A stretch of 63,388 bases of DNA, filler included, from Lenisia limosa (Eukaryota; Protista; Breviatea), in the NCBI GenBank assembly GCA_001655205.1. It is 13 parts of 13 records of this genome, joined end to end, with 100 filler letters (N's around TTAATTAATTAA, not from the genome) between each part and the next. Parts side by side here need not be neighbours in the genome. Positions count along the whole stretch, not along the records: positions 9,424 to 13,010 come from LPNZ01004587.1; positions 13,111 to 20,515 come from LPNZ01003052.1; positions 20,616 to 22,886 come from LPNZ01002042.1; positions 22,987 to 25,175 come from LPNZ01005522.1; 9 more parts are not named here. The stretch is one strand, 5' to 3'. The translations under genes were made by a program, and so were the position numbers. Below, piece after piece: positions 12,836 through 24,900 of this stretch. Position 1 is the stretch's first letter. Every line of letters starts with the position of its first letter. The notes below the pieces were generated by a model. It saw only the letters and a list, made by a program, of their open reading frames with translations. It searched no databases and had not been told where the DNA came from.

Positions 12836-12950
12836 CAGAGTTGTATGGCAAATGAATTAATATTATACTATAATTCAATATCTCATATAAGCGTGATTGT
12901 GTGGACGGCTTCAGCAAGATACAACAACCTTATTTTTTATTCTCATTGCA
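12836..12950 (+). repeat. Family B copy
   Basis: cagagttgtatggcaaatga...ataagcgtgattgtgtggacggcttcagcaagatacaac...ttctcattgc. Confidence 0.8.
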
Positions 12951-13140
12951 ATATAAAATACTAGATCATATCATAGTATATTACATCTAACTGTCATGTA
13001 AGTACTAGGANNNNNNNNNNNNNNNNNNNNNNNNNNNNNNNNNNNNNNNNNNNNTTAATTAATTAANNNNNNNNNNNNNNNNNNNNNNNNNNNNNNNNNN
13101 NNNNNNNNNNACAAAAAAATACTATTAACAACAGTATATA

Positions 13141-13186
13141 CAGTGTCCGGGCTAAGGCTATTTCCCAAGACTTATCCCGGTCACTG
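13141..13186. mobile_element. 46-bp mini-MITE family C (Tc1/pogo-like termini)
   Basis: TA|cagtgtccgggctaag...cttatcccggtcactg|TA. A half copy follows at ~13191-13230. Confidence 0.75.
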
Positions 13187-13409
13187 TATTTTCACATAGC
13201 AAATCGGTCAAGACTTATCCGGTCACTCTATACTATGTGTATTCTAGAGTTGCTATTTCCAGAGTATTTGGCATGCCTAAATGGCAAGATAACTAGTTTC
13301 GAAATGACTGAAGGATAGCAAAAGTTGGAAACCACAATAATGATCTTTCCTCTCTCTTCCTATATATTTTGTGTTTTTGCTAAATCATTTTCAAGTCTTT
13401 CACATTTTA

Positions 13410-16400
13410 GTGATGTCAGTTTTCCATATCCTGACTTGGTTCCTTGGTTGGTGGAGGGTTTTTGTTGATTAAGAAAAACATAGAAGTGATGGGTGTAAAC
13501 TAGTGCTTAGTGATATCACAGCATTTCTCACGACCAAGGGCCTCACTTCGGTTCGAAAAAAGAGATTCTTGATATCATTATTTCGATAGTTTATCGAGCT
13601 TTTTCTACCGAAGTGAAGCCACTAGTTACAAGTTTATCATTTACTGATGGTACATTCGTGACCAGGATAAGTCTTGTCCTATTTTCCTTGGGAAACATAT
13701 CAAATCGTTCAAGACTTTCCCCTGTCACTGTAAATAATAGATGATGCACTACGTGACATATTTTCCAAAACAATTTACGCCAGACTAGACTCACAGATCC
13801 CCCAGGTTTCTTTTTTGATGTTCCTGAAATTCTGCCCTTCACTCTGTCGTCAACATTAACCCAAATGGCAAGTAAGATGGGGGCTGTTTGTGCCTTCGAC
13901 GTAGGGCTTCACTTCATTTCGAAAAAGACTGGTAAAATCGAGAGTTTCGATTTATCGAGATTTTCAGTCTTTTTCGAACCGAAATGAAACCGTACTCCGC
14001 CTTTTCCAATAACTATTACCCACTTGTTTGCAGGTGATAATCATGGTGTACTTATAGGGCTTCATTGCGGCTCAAAAAAAAGACTGAATTTCTCGATAAA
14101 TCTTCGAAAACTATCGATATTCTCCGAGCCGAAGTGAAGCCTTGTGTACTTACCATGGTTTAGCAACATCCCCCCTCCAATGTCCCTGTTACTGTTAACA
14201 TCATATCCGCCTTCCCATTTCCAGCACCATCAAAAGGTTTCACTTCACAGTTGGCCTCTTTGCCGAGCTCTACCTCTTCCACAAAGTCATCAAGGTCTCG
14301 ACAGTCGAATGGCCAGCCCTGACCCCCTACATTTCGACCCTCTACCACCATACACACATGGCCGTCTTCGTGGTCACTGTCTACCTTGTCTGCTACAGTG
14401 TCTTCCTCGAGATCCTCGCCTTTTGCATTGCTTCGGTTAGCGGGGCAGAGGGTAATTGTTTAGAGTATTGCAAGGTGGAAATCTTCACCTGTTATTTCCA
14501 TGACGTGAACGAATATTTCGCCTATGATAACATGATGGTTATGCTAGTTTGTGGGATATTTTTTCACCACATATCATAGTATCTTCTTTTTTCGGTATGG
14601 TTATTTTCCCCTATCCCATATTGCCTTACCCATCTACTCCCGCTGACCCATGGGTAATTATCATGAGGGCTTCGCTTCGGTTGGAAAAAAGATTGAATTT
14701 CACGATAAATCCTCGAAAACTTATTTTCCCGAACCGAAGTGAAGCCCAAGGTATCATAAATTAATGGAAGGGTCTTATATTGAGTATTTAGTTTGAGTAT
14801 CATTGGAGGGAGGAGGGGGGAATATGTGTTGCCTTCTAGAAAAAAACCCCCGAATTTCTCGAAACATCCCCGAAATATCCCGATATTTTCACACATTTCC
14901 CGGAGTAGTTCAAAAAAGTGACCGCCTCAAAATATTCAGATGTTTTATAGGGAAGCTTGGAAGCACAGAACTATTGAAACCTGGATCATAAAGACCCTAA
15001 GGAAGCCTGAAAGCACAGAACTATTTTTGGACTAACCCCACACAGATCACACCCTTCGATACCTGGAGTGGACAGGACGTCTCACACCGCATCTTCCTCA
15101 TCANNNNNNNNNNNNNNNNNNNNNNNNNNNNNNNNTGTGTAGGGGGGGGGGGGTCCAATCTCACTTTTCTCATTTTGCAACATATTCACCAGAATAATTT
15201 TGACCTATTTTCTTTGGGAAATCACATAGCAAATCGGACAACACATGTCCCGGTCACTTTTTATCAGTTACCTTCTTAACCTGCATTAACCTTCCAGGGC
15301 CTTCCACGTGTCTTCAATCCTGGATTCGGCCGTGGATAGCATTACGATCCTCATGCGTCTAAGCCCCGTGACGGAGAGCATTTCATTCCACTCGTCGACT
15401 CAGATGGATGTGGGGGGATGGGTGAATTTTCGTCAACTCAGATGGTTGTCACTACTTCCTTGCCCCCCCCCCGGGCGATATGCTCGCTGCTCTTGTCATG
15501 CACTGCATCACATTTCTGGGCTTTTTTGGGCTTCACTTCGGTTCGAAAAATGCGGGCAAAATATCGATAGTTTTCGAGGTTTTATCTAGAAATTCAGTAT
15601 TTTTTCGAACCAAAGTGAAGCCCTACTTTTTTTGTTTCATAAATATTCCAATTTTACCACCCAGACCTCCCCCCGCGACATGCTTGCCGCCCTCGTTATG
15701 CGCTGCATCACCTACTCCCTCGCGGCCATGCCCATCGCCGGCATGGGCTGGCTCTTCGGCACCCTTCCCATCCATCCAGCCGTTGTGGCCGTTTTCAACG
15801 AGAGCTCTTACGATATGCAGCCGGCTGAGATTTATGGTGGGTCTTAGGTCGCGAATTTTCAGTTTCTTTGGCGGGATTGACGGACGTTGGAGTGATTCGA
15901 CTGGTCTGGGCTTTTTTTTTGTTGTTTGTCAGCCAACAGAGTTGNNNNNNNNNNNNNNNNNNNNNNNNNNNNNNNNNNNNNNNNNNNNNNNNNNNNNNNN
16001 NNNNNNNNNNNNNNNNNNNNNNNNNNNNNNNNNNNNNNNNNNNNNNNNNNNNNNNNNNNNNNNNNNNNNNNNNNNNNNNNNNNNNNNNNNNNNATTATGG
16101 CCCTCAATAGCCGCCTTCTTATGTGGATGGCCCGACCTGCTCTCTTGCTCGCTGTCATGAAAACAATGTGAGTTTGATTCAGAAAATATCGAAAGTTTTC
16201 AAGGATTTATCGAGAAAATCCTTTTTTTTTGAGCCGAAATGAACCCCTAATGGTCCGTGGTCAAAGTAGCTTTTTCGCTTTCTCTCATTTCCAAGTATGA
16301 AAGCTGCTGCCAGAGCCCTCAGAATTTCCTCAGAGTTTACTGAAGGTTAGTATGATCATTTTAAGCATTTCCCCCTTTGGACAGCGATGCTACTTTGTCT

Positions 16401-17678
16401 TTTTTGTCCCTTTATATCATACTTAGGGCTTCTATTCGGTTCGAAAAAGACTGATAGAATATCGATATTTATCGAGGATTTATCAAGAAATTCAGTCTTT
16501 TTTGAACCGGAGTGAAGCCCAAGTAATACTATATCCCCCGCATATCATATCATACTATACCCGCTTCCTCCCTCCCAGGCCACGGCATCAAATGGGATCT
16601 ACCCCCCCGATCTACTCCCCCCTAATTTCCTTCTAGGAATCATCCATACTTGCTTTCTTGTTTTGCTCATTTCTGTAACATTATACATATAGTATATAGA
16701 TATATATATATATAATTTCGCTTTCTCTCATTTCCAAGTATGGCATATATATATATAAGCACATCGATATGTATCTATCACACACCCTCCTATTTCACCA
16801 CCCAGGCCGCTGCATCAGATGGGATGCCACTTTCAATGAACTGTTGGAGGAGTATCGCGAGGGAACCTCCAAGAAGGAGGATGACTACTTTGAGAAGTTC
16901 GAAGGTGCGAAGGGTTCTGTATCGTGTCATATCATATCACTATGATTAGTTTCATAAAATACCACTTTTATCACTTTTGATTTTTAACTACCGATGTTGC
17001 CACCCCCTTTTAGATGAGCAGTGTGGTCGCCCCCCCCCCTCTCAAATATTCAATCGCATTTTCCTTCGTTTTGCTGTTTTATTGTTCTCAACCCTCGTGT
17101 ACTGTCAGCCAACAGGCTTTTTTTTTTTTCTTTTTTTCATAAANNNNNNNNNNNNNNNNNNNNNNNNNNNNNNNNNNNNNNNNNNNNNNNNNNNNNNNNN
17201 NNNNNNNNNNCATCGCCCCCCTCACAGTCATCAACAAAGAGAAGAAAGCTGAGGCTAAGAAGAAGCGCAGAGAAGCAAGAAGGCAGAGGCGGCTGGATGC
17301 GGTGGGGGGGGGGTAGATGTAGGGCTTCAATTCGGTTCGGTAAAATATCGATAATTTTCGAAGATTTATCGAGAAATTCAGTCTTTTTTCGGACTGAAGT
17401 GAAGCCCGAAATTAAGGGTAGTGTGAGGGGAGCATATGCTGTAGGAGAAGTTATATTTACAGTAACCGGGATAAGTCTTGACCGATTTGCCTTGGGAAAG
17501 CATACGGCAAATCGGTCGATACTTATCCCGGTCGTGGAGGGAGGAGGCGTTGAAGGATTATGTATCTTCTCTTCCACTGTTATTGTCCTCATTTTTGAAT
17601 ACACCCTATGGAATCTGAGTTTTTATGATGTAGGGAGAGGAAGTTGAGAGCGCCGCTGAAGGTTTGCTGAGGCTCTGA
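13410..17678 (+). CDS. Multi-pass membrane protein with charged C-terminal tail, partial model
   Basis: Exons include TIKRFHFTVGLFAELYLF...VFVVTVYLVCYSVFLEILAFCIAS, TSPRDMLAALVMRCITYSLAAMPIAGMGWLFG..., RWDATFNELLEEYREG... and KEKKAEAKKKRREARRQRRLDA|GEEVESAAEGLLRL*. No family recognised. Confidence 0.5.
13657..13731. mobile_element. MITE family C copy
   Basis: gtgaccaggataagtcttg...ttgggaaa...caagactttcccctgtcactgta. Confidence 0.75.
14055..14144. mobile_element. MITE family A (hAT-like) with perfect 8-bp TSD
   Basis: TIRs tagggcttca...tgaagccttg. TSD tgtactta at 14047-14054 and 14145-14152. Confidence 0.9.
14665..14749. mobile_element. MITE family A copy
   Basis: gagggcttcgcttcggtt...aaccgaagtgaagcccaa. 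Flanks attatcat / ggtatcat match 6/8. Confidence 0.85.
15526..15625. mobile_element. MITE family A copy
   Basis: gggcttcacttcggttcgaaaa...ttttcgaaccaaagtgaagcccta. Confidence 0.85.
16424..16522. mobile_element. MITE family A copy
   Basis: tagggcttc...gagtgaagcccaa. Flanks atcatact / gtaatact match 6/8. Confidence 0.85.
17320..17409. mobile_element. MITE family A copy
   Basis: tagggcttcaattcggttcgg...ggactgaagtgaagcccga, directly after a donor G-run. Confidence 0.8.
17459..17533. mobile_element. MITE family C copy
   Basis: TA|cagtaaccgggataagtcttgaccgattt...aaatcggtcgatacttatcccggtc. Confidence 0.8.
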
Positions 17679-17857
17679 AGAACTAAATACAGTGACCGCG
17701 ATAAGTCCAGTCAATCGTGTCAGAACTTAGTGTACATAGTTTCTTCTGTTCTTATGGGACCGAAAGATGATCAAAGTTAACTGAGGGTTTATACTGGATA
17801 ACTATTTTCTCTACCAATTTGTATTTCTCATCTTGTATGTAAGCTTTGACAACTATA

Positions 17858-20361
17858 GAAGAACCATCGACACCTGAAAGCGAGCTTGCTGAAGCCTCTG
17901 AAAGTGTTGAAAGTGCTACAACCCCTGAATCCTCTGAAAGCATCGAAAATGATGAAAGTCCGGAGCCAGTTAAGGTAGTCAAGGTATGTTCAGAACCTGG
18001 AGAGGCACGCAGAAAGCTGCGTGTACAGAGTTGTGAGGCATATGATTCCCTTTCATCCCCCAGGCAACTTGATTTTAGGCTTCTTTGTTTTTTCATAAAT
18101 TGTCCAATTTTATTGTTTTACGTGTGATGGGATGTGGTGTTGNNNNNNNNNNNNNNNNNNNNNNNNNNNNNNNNNNNNNNNNNNNNNNNNNNNNNNNNNN
18201 NNNNNNNNNNNNNNNNNNNNNNNNNNNNNNNNNNNNNNNNNNNNNNNNNNNNNNNNNNNNNNNNNNNNNNNNNNNNNNNNNTCATAAATATTCCAATTTT
18301 GTACACTGGAGTGATGGGATGGCCTGGGCTTAGTTTGTTTTGTTGTTGTTATAAGCCCTATTTTGAGTTTCATCAATTCCCCCTCCCCCAGCGTTCCGTC
18401 TTCACAGCCGACGACCCCGGTCCATATGAACCTGATGACTCTATTGCGGCCGACTCGCTCCCGACTATGGTCTTTGTTGAGGTCACCGAGAAGGACGTCT
18501 ATGACTCGTCTACTTGGCTTGGCTATGCTAAGGAGTCTTTTAAGGGCATCCGCGTGTACATGGCTTATGCCTGTNNNNNNNNNNNNNNNNNNNNNNNNNN
18601 NNNNNNNNNNNNNNNNNNNNNNNNNNNNNNNNNNNNNNNNNNNNNNNNNNNNNNNNNNNNNNNNNNNNNNNNNNNNNNNNNNNNNNNNNNATCACGCTTA
18701 TAAGAGATAGTGATTGATACTATATAATATCAATTGACCCAATCATTTGCCTTACAGCCTTACAACTCTGTGCACACAGCTTTCTGCCTCTCTTCTCTCA
18801 CCATCTTTTAACACCTTAGTCACCATCTTCTTACACCTTAGTACCATCTTCTCGTCACCATCTTCTAACACCTTAGTCAACATCTTCTATCACCATCTTT
18901 TAACATCTTAGTCACCATCTTCTGCATTGGATCGCTTTCGGCAGTCGCAGTCTACAGCTACTGTAAGCTAAATGGGCATCTTTAATTTGCCCAAAGTATT
19001 TTTCAAAATGGACGTCTTTAATTGCTCAAAGTATTTGCATCGTTGATTTGCGCAAATCTTATACTATATCGATATGTACAGTGTCAAACAACTACATTCA
19101 ATCAATCTGGATATCCCAATAACTACATGGGCAACAATACCATCATTCTAAGAGCTTCCCAACAGTCCGAATTGTTCAAGCAATTCACTATTTTTGGTAC
19201 CCCCTATGGGCTCTAATTAGACCGTCAAGATGAGCCTTCATATTTCCAGTACAGTTAGGACATTAGGGAAGCATAGAAATAATACTGGAATAAGCCATAG
19301 GATCTCAGTTTGTTTGTCTGCAAGTCTGCAATGTGTATGCAGATGTTCAATGAAGCCATAATAATACCATCCCAAGCATCTTCTGACAATTTAGTGGCTC
19401 TTGCGGTAGCCCTCGCCAATTTCACCAGTGTCTACCTTGTAAGAAACGGGGAAATGTTCTGGAAAATGACTCTCATATCACTTTTTGGGTCATTTGCACA
19501 CGTGTGAACTTTCATTTTCCACGCAGTGCTATGTATGATACCTTGATTTCAATACTCTAAGGCACTCGTGATGAATCCTTATGTTATTTTCGTTCATTTC
19601 GACTCGTAAGTCGGAATAAACATCAAATCCCGAGTTGATTTGGGCTTTTTTGTTTCATAAATTTTCCAATTTTACCCCCCTTTACAAACATCAAGTCCAT
19701 AATTGATCATTCCAGGGAGTTACTGCAAGCTACACTTCAATTCTCGTTATGTTCCCAATGGTTGTTCGCCTCCTCTCGGTATGCCTCCATTCTTAGCCAT
19801 TCTTGCCGGTGATTGCCAAAATCAAATCTTCTTTCATCTCCTCTCATATTTTCGGCTTCAAATTCTGGGGAAATGATTATGTTGAAAGAAAATTTTGGGA
19901 TACTTCCTACCAGGGTCTGTAGATCAAATATTGCGTCAATACATTGTAGTAGTGTATCAAAGTAGTCTGATATGCACAGGTTTATTACCTGGCTTCTGTT
20001 GGGATATTTCACCGTCATGTGCTTCGCCTTCCTCTACAGTAATTATTCATATTAAATGATATCTTAGCCATTTATCAAGTAATTACTGCGCAAGTAGTAT
20101 CATAGTGAATACCATATTGTATTGATACATATCGATTATGTATGTATGTATATATTAATACGATATATATATCTAGATATATATATACTAGTATTATATA
20201 TATCATATGCATATTATGTACTTTTTTCAACAGCAATAACTGTCCAGGTTTATGGCCTGGCTTCTGTCGGCATGTTCCACGTCTTCTACACCATCATGTG
20301 CTACACCTTCCTCTCGTCATGGGCATTCTTAGGCAACTGGGCCGCCGAAGATTCAAGTTGG
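17858..20361 (+). CDS. Protein fragment with acidic Ser/Glu-rich N-terminal exon and C-terminal TM exons
   Basis: Exons EPSTPESELAEASESVES..., RSVFTADDPGPYEPDD...VYMAYA, GVTASYTSILVMFPMVVRLLS and VYGLASVGMFHVFYTIMCYTFLSSWAFLGNWAAEDS. Exon phases were not fully resolved. Confidence 0.4.
18790..18925. repeat. Intronic ~22-bp tandem repeat, about 6 copies
   Basis: Units resembling caccatcttctaacaccttagt. Confidence 0.8.
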
Positions 20362-20627
20362 GGGGAAATGGAGATTTTGTTGGGAGGGTATTATGATTGG
20401 CCACCTCCTTCCTCCCAGCCAACAGAGTTAATTTTGGGCTTTTTTTGTTTCATAAATTTTTTTCAGATTATTCGGTTGATTAGTACCTTTACGCCGATAT
20501 TCTTCATCGAAATATNNNNNNNNNNNNNNNNNNNNNNNNNNNNNNNNNNNNNNNNNNNNTTAATTAATTAANNNNNNNNNNNNNNNNNNNNNNNNNNNNN
20601 NNNNNNNNNNNNNNNCCCCCCCCCCCC

Positions 20628-22540
20628 CGCCCACGGTTTGCTGGAGGGCCTTCAATTCATCAACTTGGGCAGAGTATCGTTTTTCCGAGGACTTAAGTCG
20701 CCCCTCCATCTTCTTCTGCCGCACCGCAACCACTGCAAAGGTCAAATCCAAGCTCAGAACAAATACGTCGCCATTACTTGAGTGATACTTGCCTCTTTCC
20801 CCCCAATCATACCCTGTTCAAGGGCTTTCATGCTCCTCAGGTGCGCAGCAGCAGCCGATTCCGCCTCCTTTCGCAGTAAGTAAAGTCAATTTAATGATTG
20901 TAATAGGGCCGTTTTTATGAAATTCCATTTATTGTATTCCTCGATTTACAAATTTTGTAATAACGTCTCAACATACATGTACATGTGGTAAATTTAGGTA
21001 AAAATACAGAAGAATAAGTCGTGTTTTTTTTTGGGTTTCGGGACACAATAAGCATACACTATTACAAATGAATTGTATTTGATATCATATGATATTGTAT
21101 TCCTTGATTGTATTTGATATTATCTTCCACTCAAAAACCACAATGATAAAACAGACCGATAAAATATCGATAGTTTGCGGGGATTTATCGAGAACCTTGG
21201 TCTATTTTCAGACCAAAGGGAAGCACAAATATGTAAAGGTTGGCTCAACCTCAACCACAATAATGGGAGGGAAACAGCCAATACATGTATCAGATATGGT
21301 AAAACAAAACCCCAGTAGAGAAAGAAAGATGTCTTCAAAAAGCTGACAGTTATAGTTATACACGGACGGCTTTGGTCAGATACAACCTTATTTTTTTTTT
21401 ATTTCTCATTGCTATATTAAATAGTAACATATACGCCTGGAAAGAATGAAGACAAAGCGAAGTCAAAGTGTCATAGTCAAAAGCTGTCGCCAACCTTCAC
21501 AACAGCCTCATTTGTTTTATGAGACTCTTCAAGTTGCTTTCTCAAGGACTAAGATATTAGAAGTTCGTCAAATGAATCATTGAATATACTACTGCATATC
21601 AAGAAAGAGTATCGCCAATGGCACGCCTGTTAGCTACAATGGAACGTACATGATTGCAGATCAAACCCCGAGTAAGACAAAGTACCAGATTGTCAATAAA
21701 GTAAAAAGAGCAAAAGTGAGCAAAACAGCCCCACGTTAATTGTCTTATTTGCGTCATTTTTGGCTTTTTTCTCCTTCACCAGAGACTTCTTCAAGCTATC
21801 AATCTCCAATTTCCTTTAGCGTAAGTGAGAACATAAATCTAGATGAAAAAGAAGTTCTGACAAAGGTTATATTTTATCTGCTTTACAATAAAGCTCATAC
21901 AAAATCCAAGGATGTGGGTCGGAATCAACACATTCCCTCCCACCACAATATCTCCCAACGCCCTCCAAATACCCCAAAATTTCCACACCGTCCCAATATA
22001 CCCAACATGTCCCCCCAATCGTTTCCTGAATAGTACCTTCACGCCAATAGTCTTCATCAGAATTTCGTTTTACTCCGCCAATACCCCTCCCCCCCAAACA
22101 TGTCGTCAACCTCGGCTCTGAACCGGTCTAGCTTGCTCTTATTATCGCGCTCCTGAGCGGCAATGGCTTTGGTGGCATCCTGCTTCTGGGACGATAATGC
22201 GGCTCGAAGGAGGTGCGTTTGGGCGGTCAGAGATTCAACTTCCTCGGATACCTGGGGGGGGGGGTAAATTGGAGCCCAAAATCAACTCTGTAAGCTAGCA
22301 ACATCAATCAAAGCAAAGGAAATTTCAATGAAGAATATTGGCATCACAAACCAAATAATCTGAAACCAAAACAACAGAAAATAAAGCAAGTAATAATCAA
22401 TATGAGCAACATGTTAACGTAAGCTGGGCATTTTCGGTTGCCCCCCCCCCCTCCCACGCACCTTCAACTGGGCATTTTCAGCCGAGGCAAACTCGCGGTG
22501 GTCAATGCCAAATACGATTCGCGACAACGGGCGTTGTATG
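20628..22540 (-). CDS. Coiled-coil protein fragment
   Basis: Exons IPIQRPLSRIVFGIDHREFASAENAQLK|VSEEVESLTAQTHLLRAALSSQKQDATKAIAAQERDNKSKLDRFRAE, RKEAESAAAAHLRSMKALEQ and RQKKMEGRLKSSEKRYSAQVDELKALQQT. Confidence 0.5.
22254..22375 (-). repeat. Family D intron 3'-end module
   Basis: Minus strand: gtttcagattatttgg...gccaatattcttcattgaaatttcc...gagttgattttgggctccaatttaccccccccccag|GTATCCGAG. Confidence 0.75.
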
Positions 22541-22573
22541 GGGATACTGGGTGATGAGACCGATACTGGCTGC

Positions 22574-22671
22574 TTGGGCTTCACTTCGGTTTAGAAAGAC
22601 TGAATTTCTCGATAATTCCTCGATAAATATCGATAGTTTATCAGTCCTTTTCGAACCGAAGTGAAGCCCTA
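22574..22671. mobile_element. MITE family A copy
   Basis: Near-perfect hairpin. Flanks ctggctgc / ctgaatgc match 6/8. Confidence 0.88.
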
Positions 22672-22989
22672 CTGAATGCTCTTGGTATCATCTGTTATGT
22701 ATGCTATTCAGGCTTAGGTTAGTATATATCATGTAATAACTGTGAGAGAAACTGACTGTATGTCATAGAGTATGCAATTCAGGCTTATGAGCGTATGGTT
22801 TCATAGTATATAGTATATATATCATATATGCATATTATATATAGTATGTAGCAATGAGAATAAAAAATAAGGATGTATCTGGCCGANNNNNNNNNNNNNN
22901 NNNNNNNNNNNNNNNNNNNNNNNNNNNNNNTTAATTAATTAANNNNNNNNNNNNNNNNNNNNNNNNNNNNNNNNNNNNNNNNNNNNATA

Positions 22990-24900
22990 GCGGGTAAGAC
23001 AACAACCGCAGAAGGTCTTCCCACTGAGCCTTGTACACTGAAGAGTGAGGCTCCGATGTCATTGTAAAGACATAAAAAGGCCAGGATCATATGATATGAT
23101 ATCATCATAGAGTTTACATATTACTTAATTGTTTTTAATATTTTCAATCATGGTTGCTGCCTATCTGGTTGATGGTATCCCTATGTACAATATTTATTTC
23201 CAATATTATTTCTTGCTCTCAAAAAGAACCTCTAAAGCCCCCTGCTGACATAGGGTAGTTAATGGCAAAACCTTCTCCACTTGTCACTGCCACTACCGCT
23301 AAAGAGAATCAAAGAAATGTTGGATTTAAAATTGCCAAAGATCATAATACACGCAGTAACGTCATCCACTACTGCCAAGAACAGTTTTTAGTTGGAATTG
23401 CAAACCTCTCTTATATAACTTCAATTATACACTTCAGGAGTTCTAATAATATTTACCGAAGCAACATGCTCACCTTCAACTGACAATTACTTTTCAAGAA
23501 AAATAGATCGAAGGGGGTAGATCTCATCACCCTTGCCTATCCCATCCCCACCTCTTATCAGTGTATTTGTAGGGTTCTCCAGGGCAAGCCAAGTTGCTGA
23601 CGTAGTGTGTAACGGAATAGTACCCAATGACACCTTTGAAAGTGAACAATGGTAGAATCATTATTGATTTTTGACTAAAGTGAAGCCGTAGTAAAACTGA
23701 GTGATGTCGGTAACATTTGAAGTTTAACAGAAATTGAGAGAAGTCTTGACCGACTCCTCTGAAGGGAAACGGATTTTGTCGGTCAAGACTTACCTCAGTC
23801 AAGCTATAGTATACCAAAGTGAAGCCCAAGAGGGAAGCCTTGATTATCAAAGCGTTAAATTACCGAGTTTCACCAACCTCGTTATCCAGGAATCTTATGG
23901 AGCCTTGGAAGTCCATTTCTGCCCCCGCAGCCGGTACCAGGTGGCCTTCGTGAAGGGCTGAATTTTCATCCACCTGGGTTGTGGGGGGTGCGGTGGGGTG
24001 AACTGAACTGGGCAGAATTTCTGGATGTTGAGGGGCAACTGGAGAGCGTGCAAGCGTTCTTTTCGAAGCGAATGGGTTTTCTTCTTCTGACGGATAAATA
24101 TCTTTCTGGGGGAACACGGGGGTGTTTTGGGCTTTTCTCGTTATGGGAGCAGGGCGTGAAGGAAGGGTGAACTGTTTTTCTTTGAAACTGTAGGGCATAG
24201 CCGCACTGTAGGAATCTTCTCTCTGAAAAGGTGTTAATAGTGTGTTTCCAAATATGTGGTAAAAACTACATCTCCTTTCTACTCCTTCCCTTTTCCAAAA
24301 ACTCGTTAATGGAGGAAATAACATGGAATACAGCTGTGGTAAGCATTGACATACATATGTATATGTATGTCATATATTGTCTTTGATAAAAACAATACTT
24401 GCCACTAGGGTTTCACTTCGGTTCGAAAAATACCGGTAAAATATCGGTAGTTTTCGAAGATTTATCGAGAAATTCAGTCTTTTTTTGAACCAAAGTGAAG
24501 CCATACTTGCCACAGTCACACAAGACGAATGGACCATGTGTACCTGACTCTGAGCAACTTGGGGCTGATTGCTGTCAGGAAGGGTTCTGGGGAGATGTCG
24601 AGGGGCTGGAGGTCAGGTGTTTTGCTGCAGAGAATCTCATGGACTTTGAACAAAGGACAAATGCAGAAATTATTTATTTGTTATACTATGTACATCTCGC
24701 TACATAAAGTATGGATAAGAAATAGACCACCATTTCAATGGAACTAATCATCTAAATTGGTAAATGTGACATTTTATGGTACTTATTATGAAACATCATG
24801 ATCCGTTATCATAATGATCAATAGATCTACCCAGACCAACCAGTATGGGGTTCTGGAATCGGGGCGTAGCGGTTAAGTTTGGGGGTGGCCGTCTAAAAGG
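22990..24900 (+). CDS. Fragment of an unknown multi-exon gene
   Basis: Exon-like GT/AG-bounded segments such as EFLDVEGQLESVQAFFSKRMGFLLLTDKYLSGG. Frames could not be joined confidently. Confidence 0.25.
24406..24505. mobile_element. MITE family A with perfect 8-bp TSD
   Basis: TSD cttgccac at 24398-24405 and 24506-24513. Confidence 0.92.
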
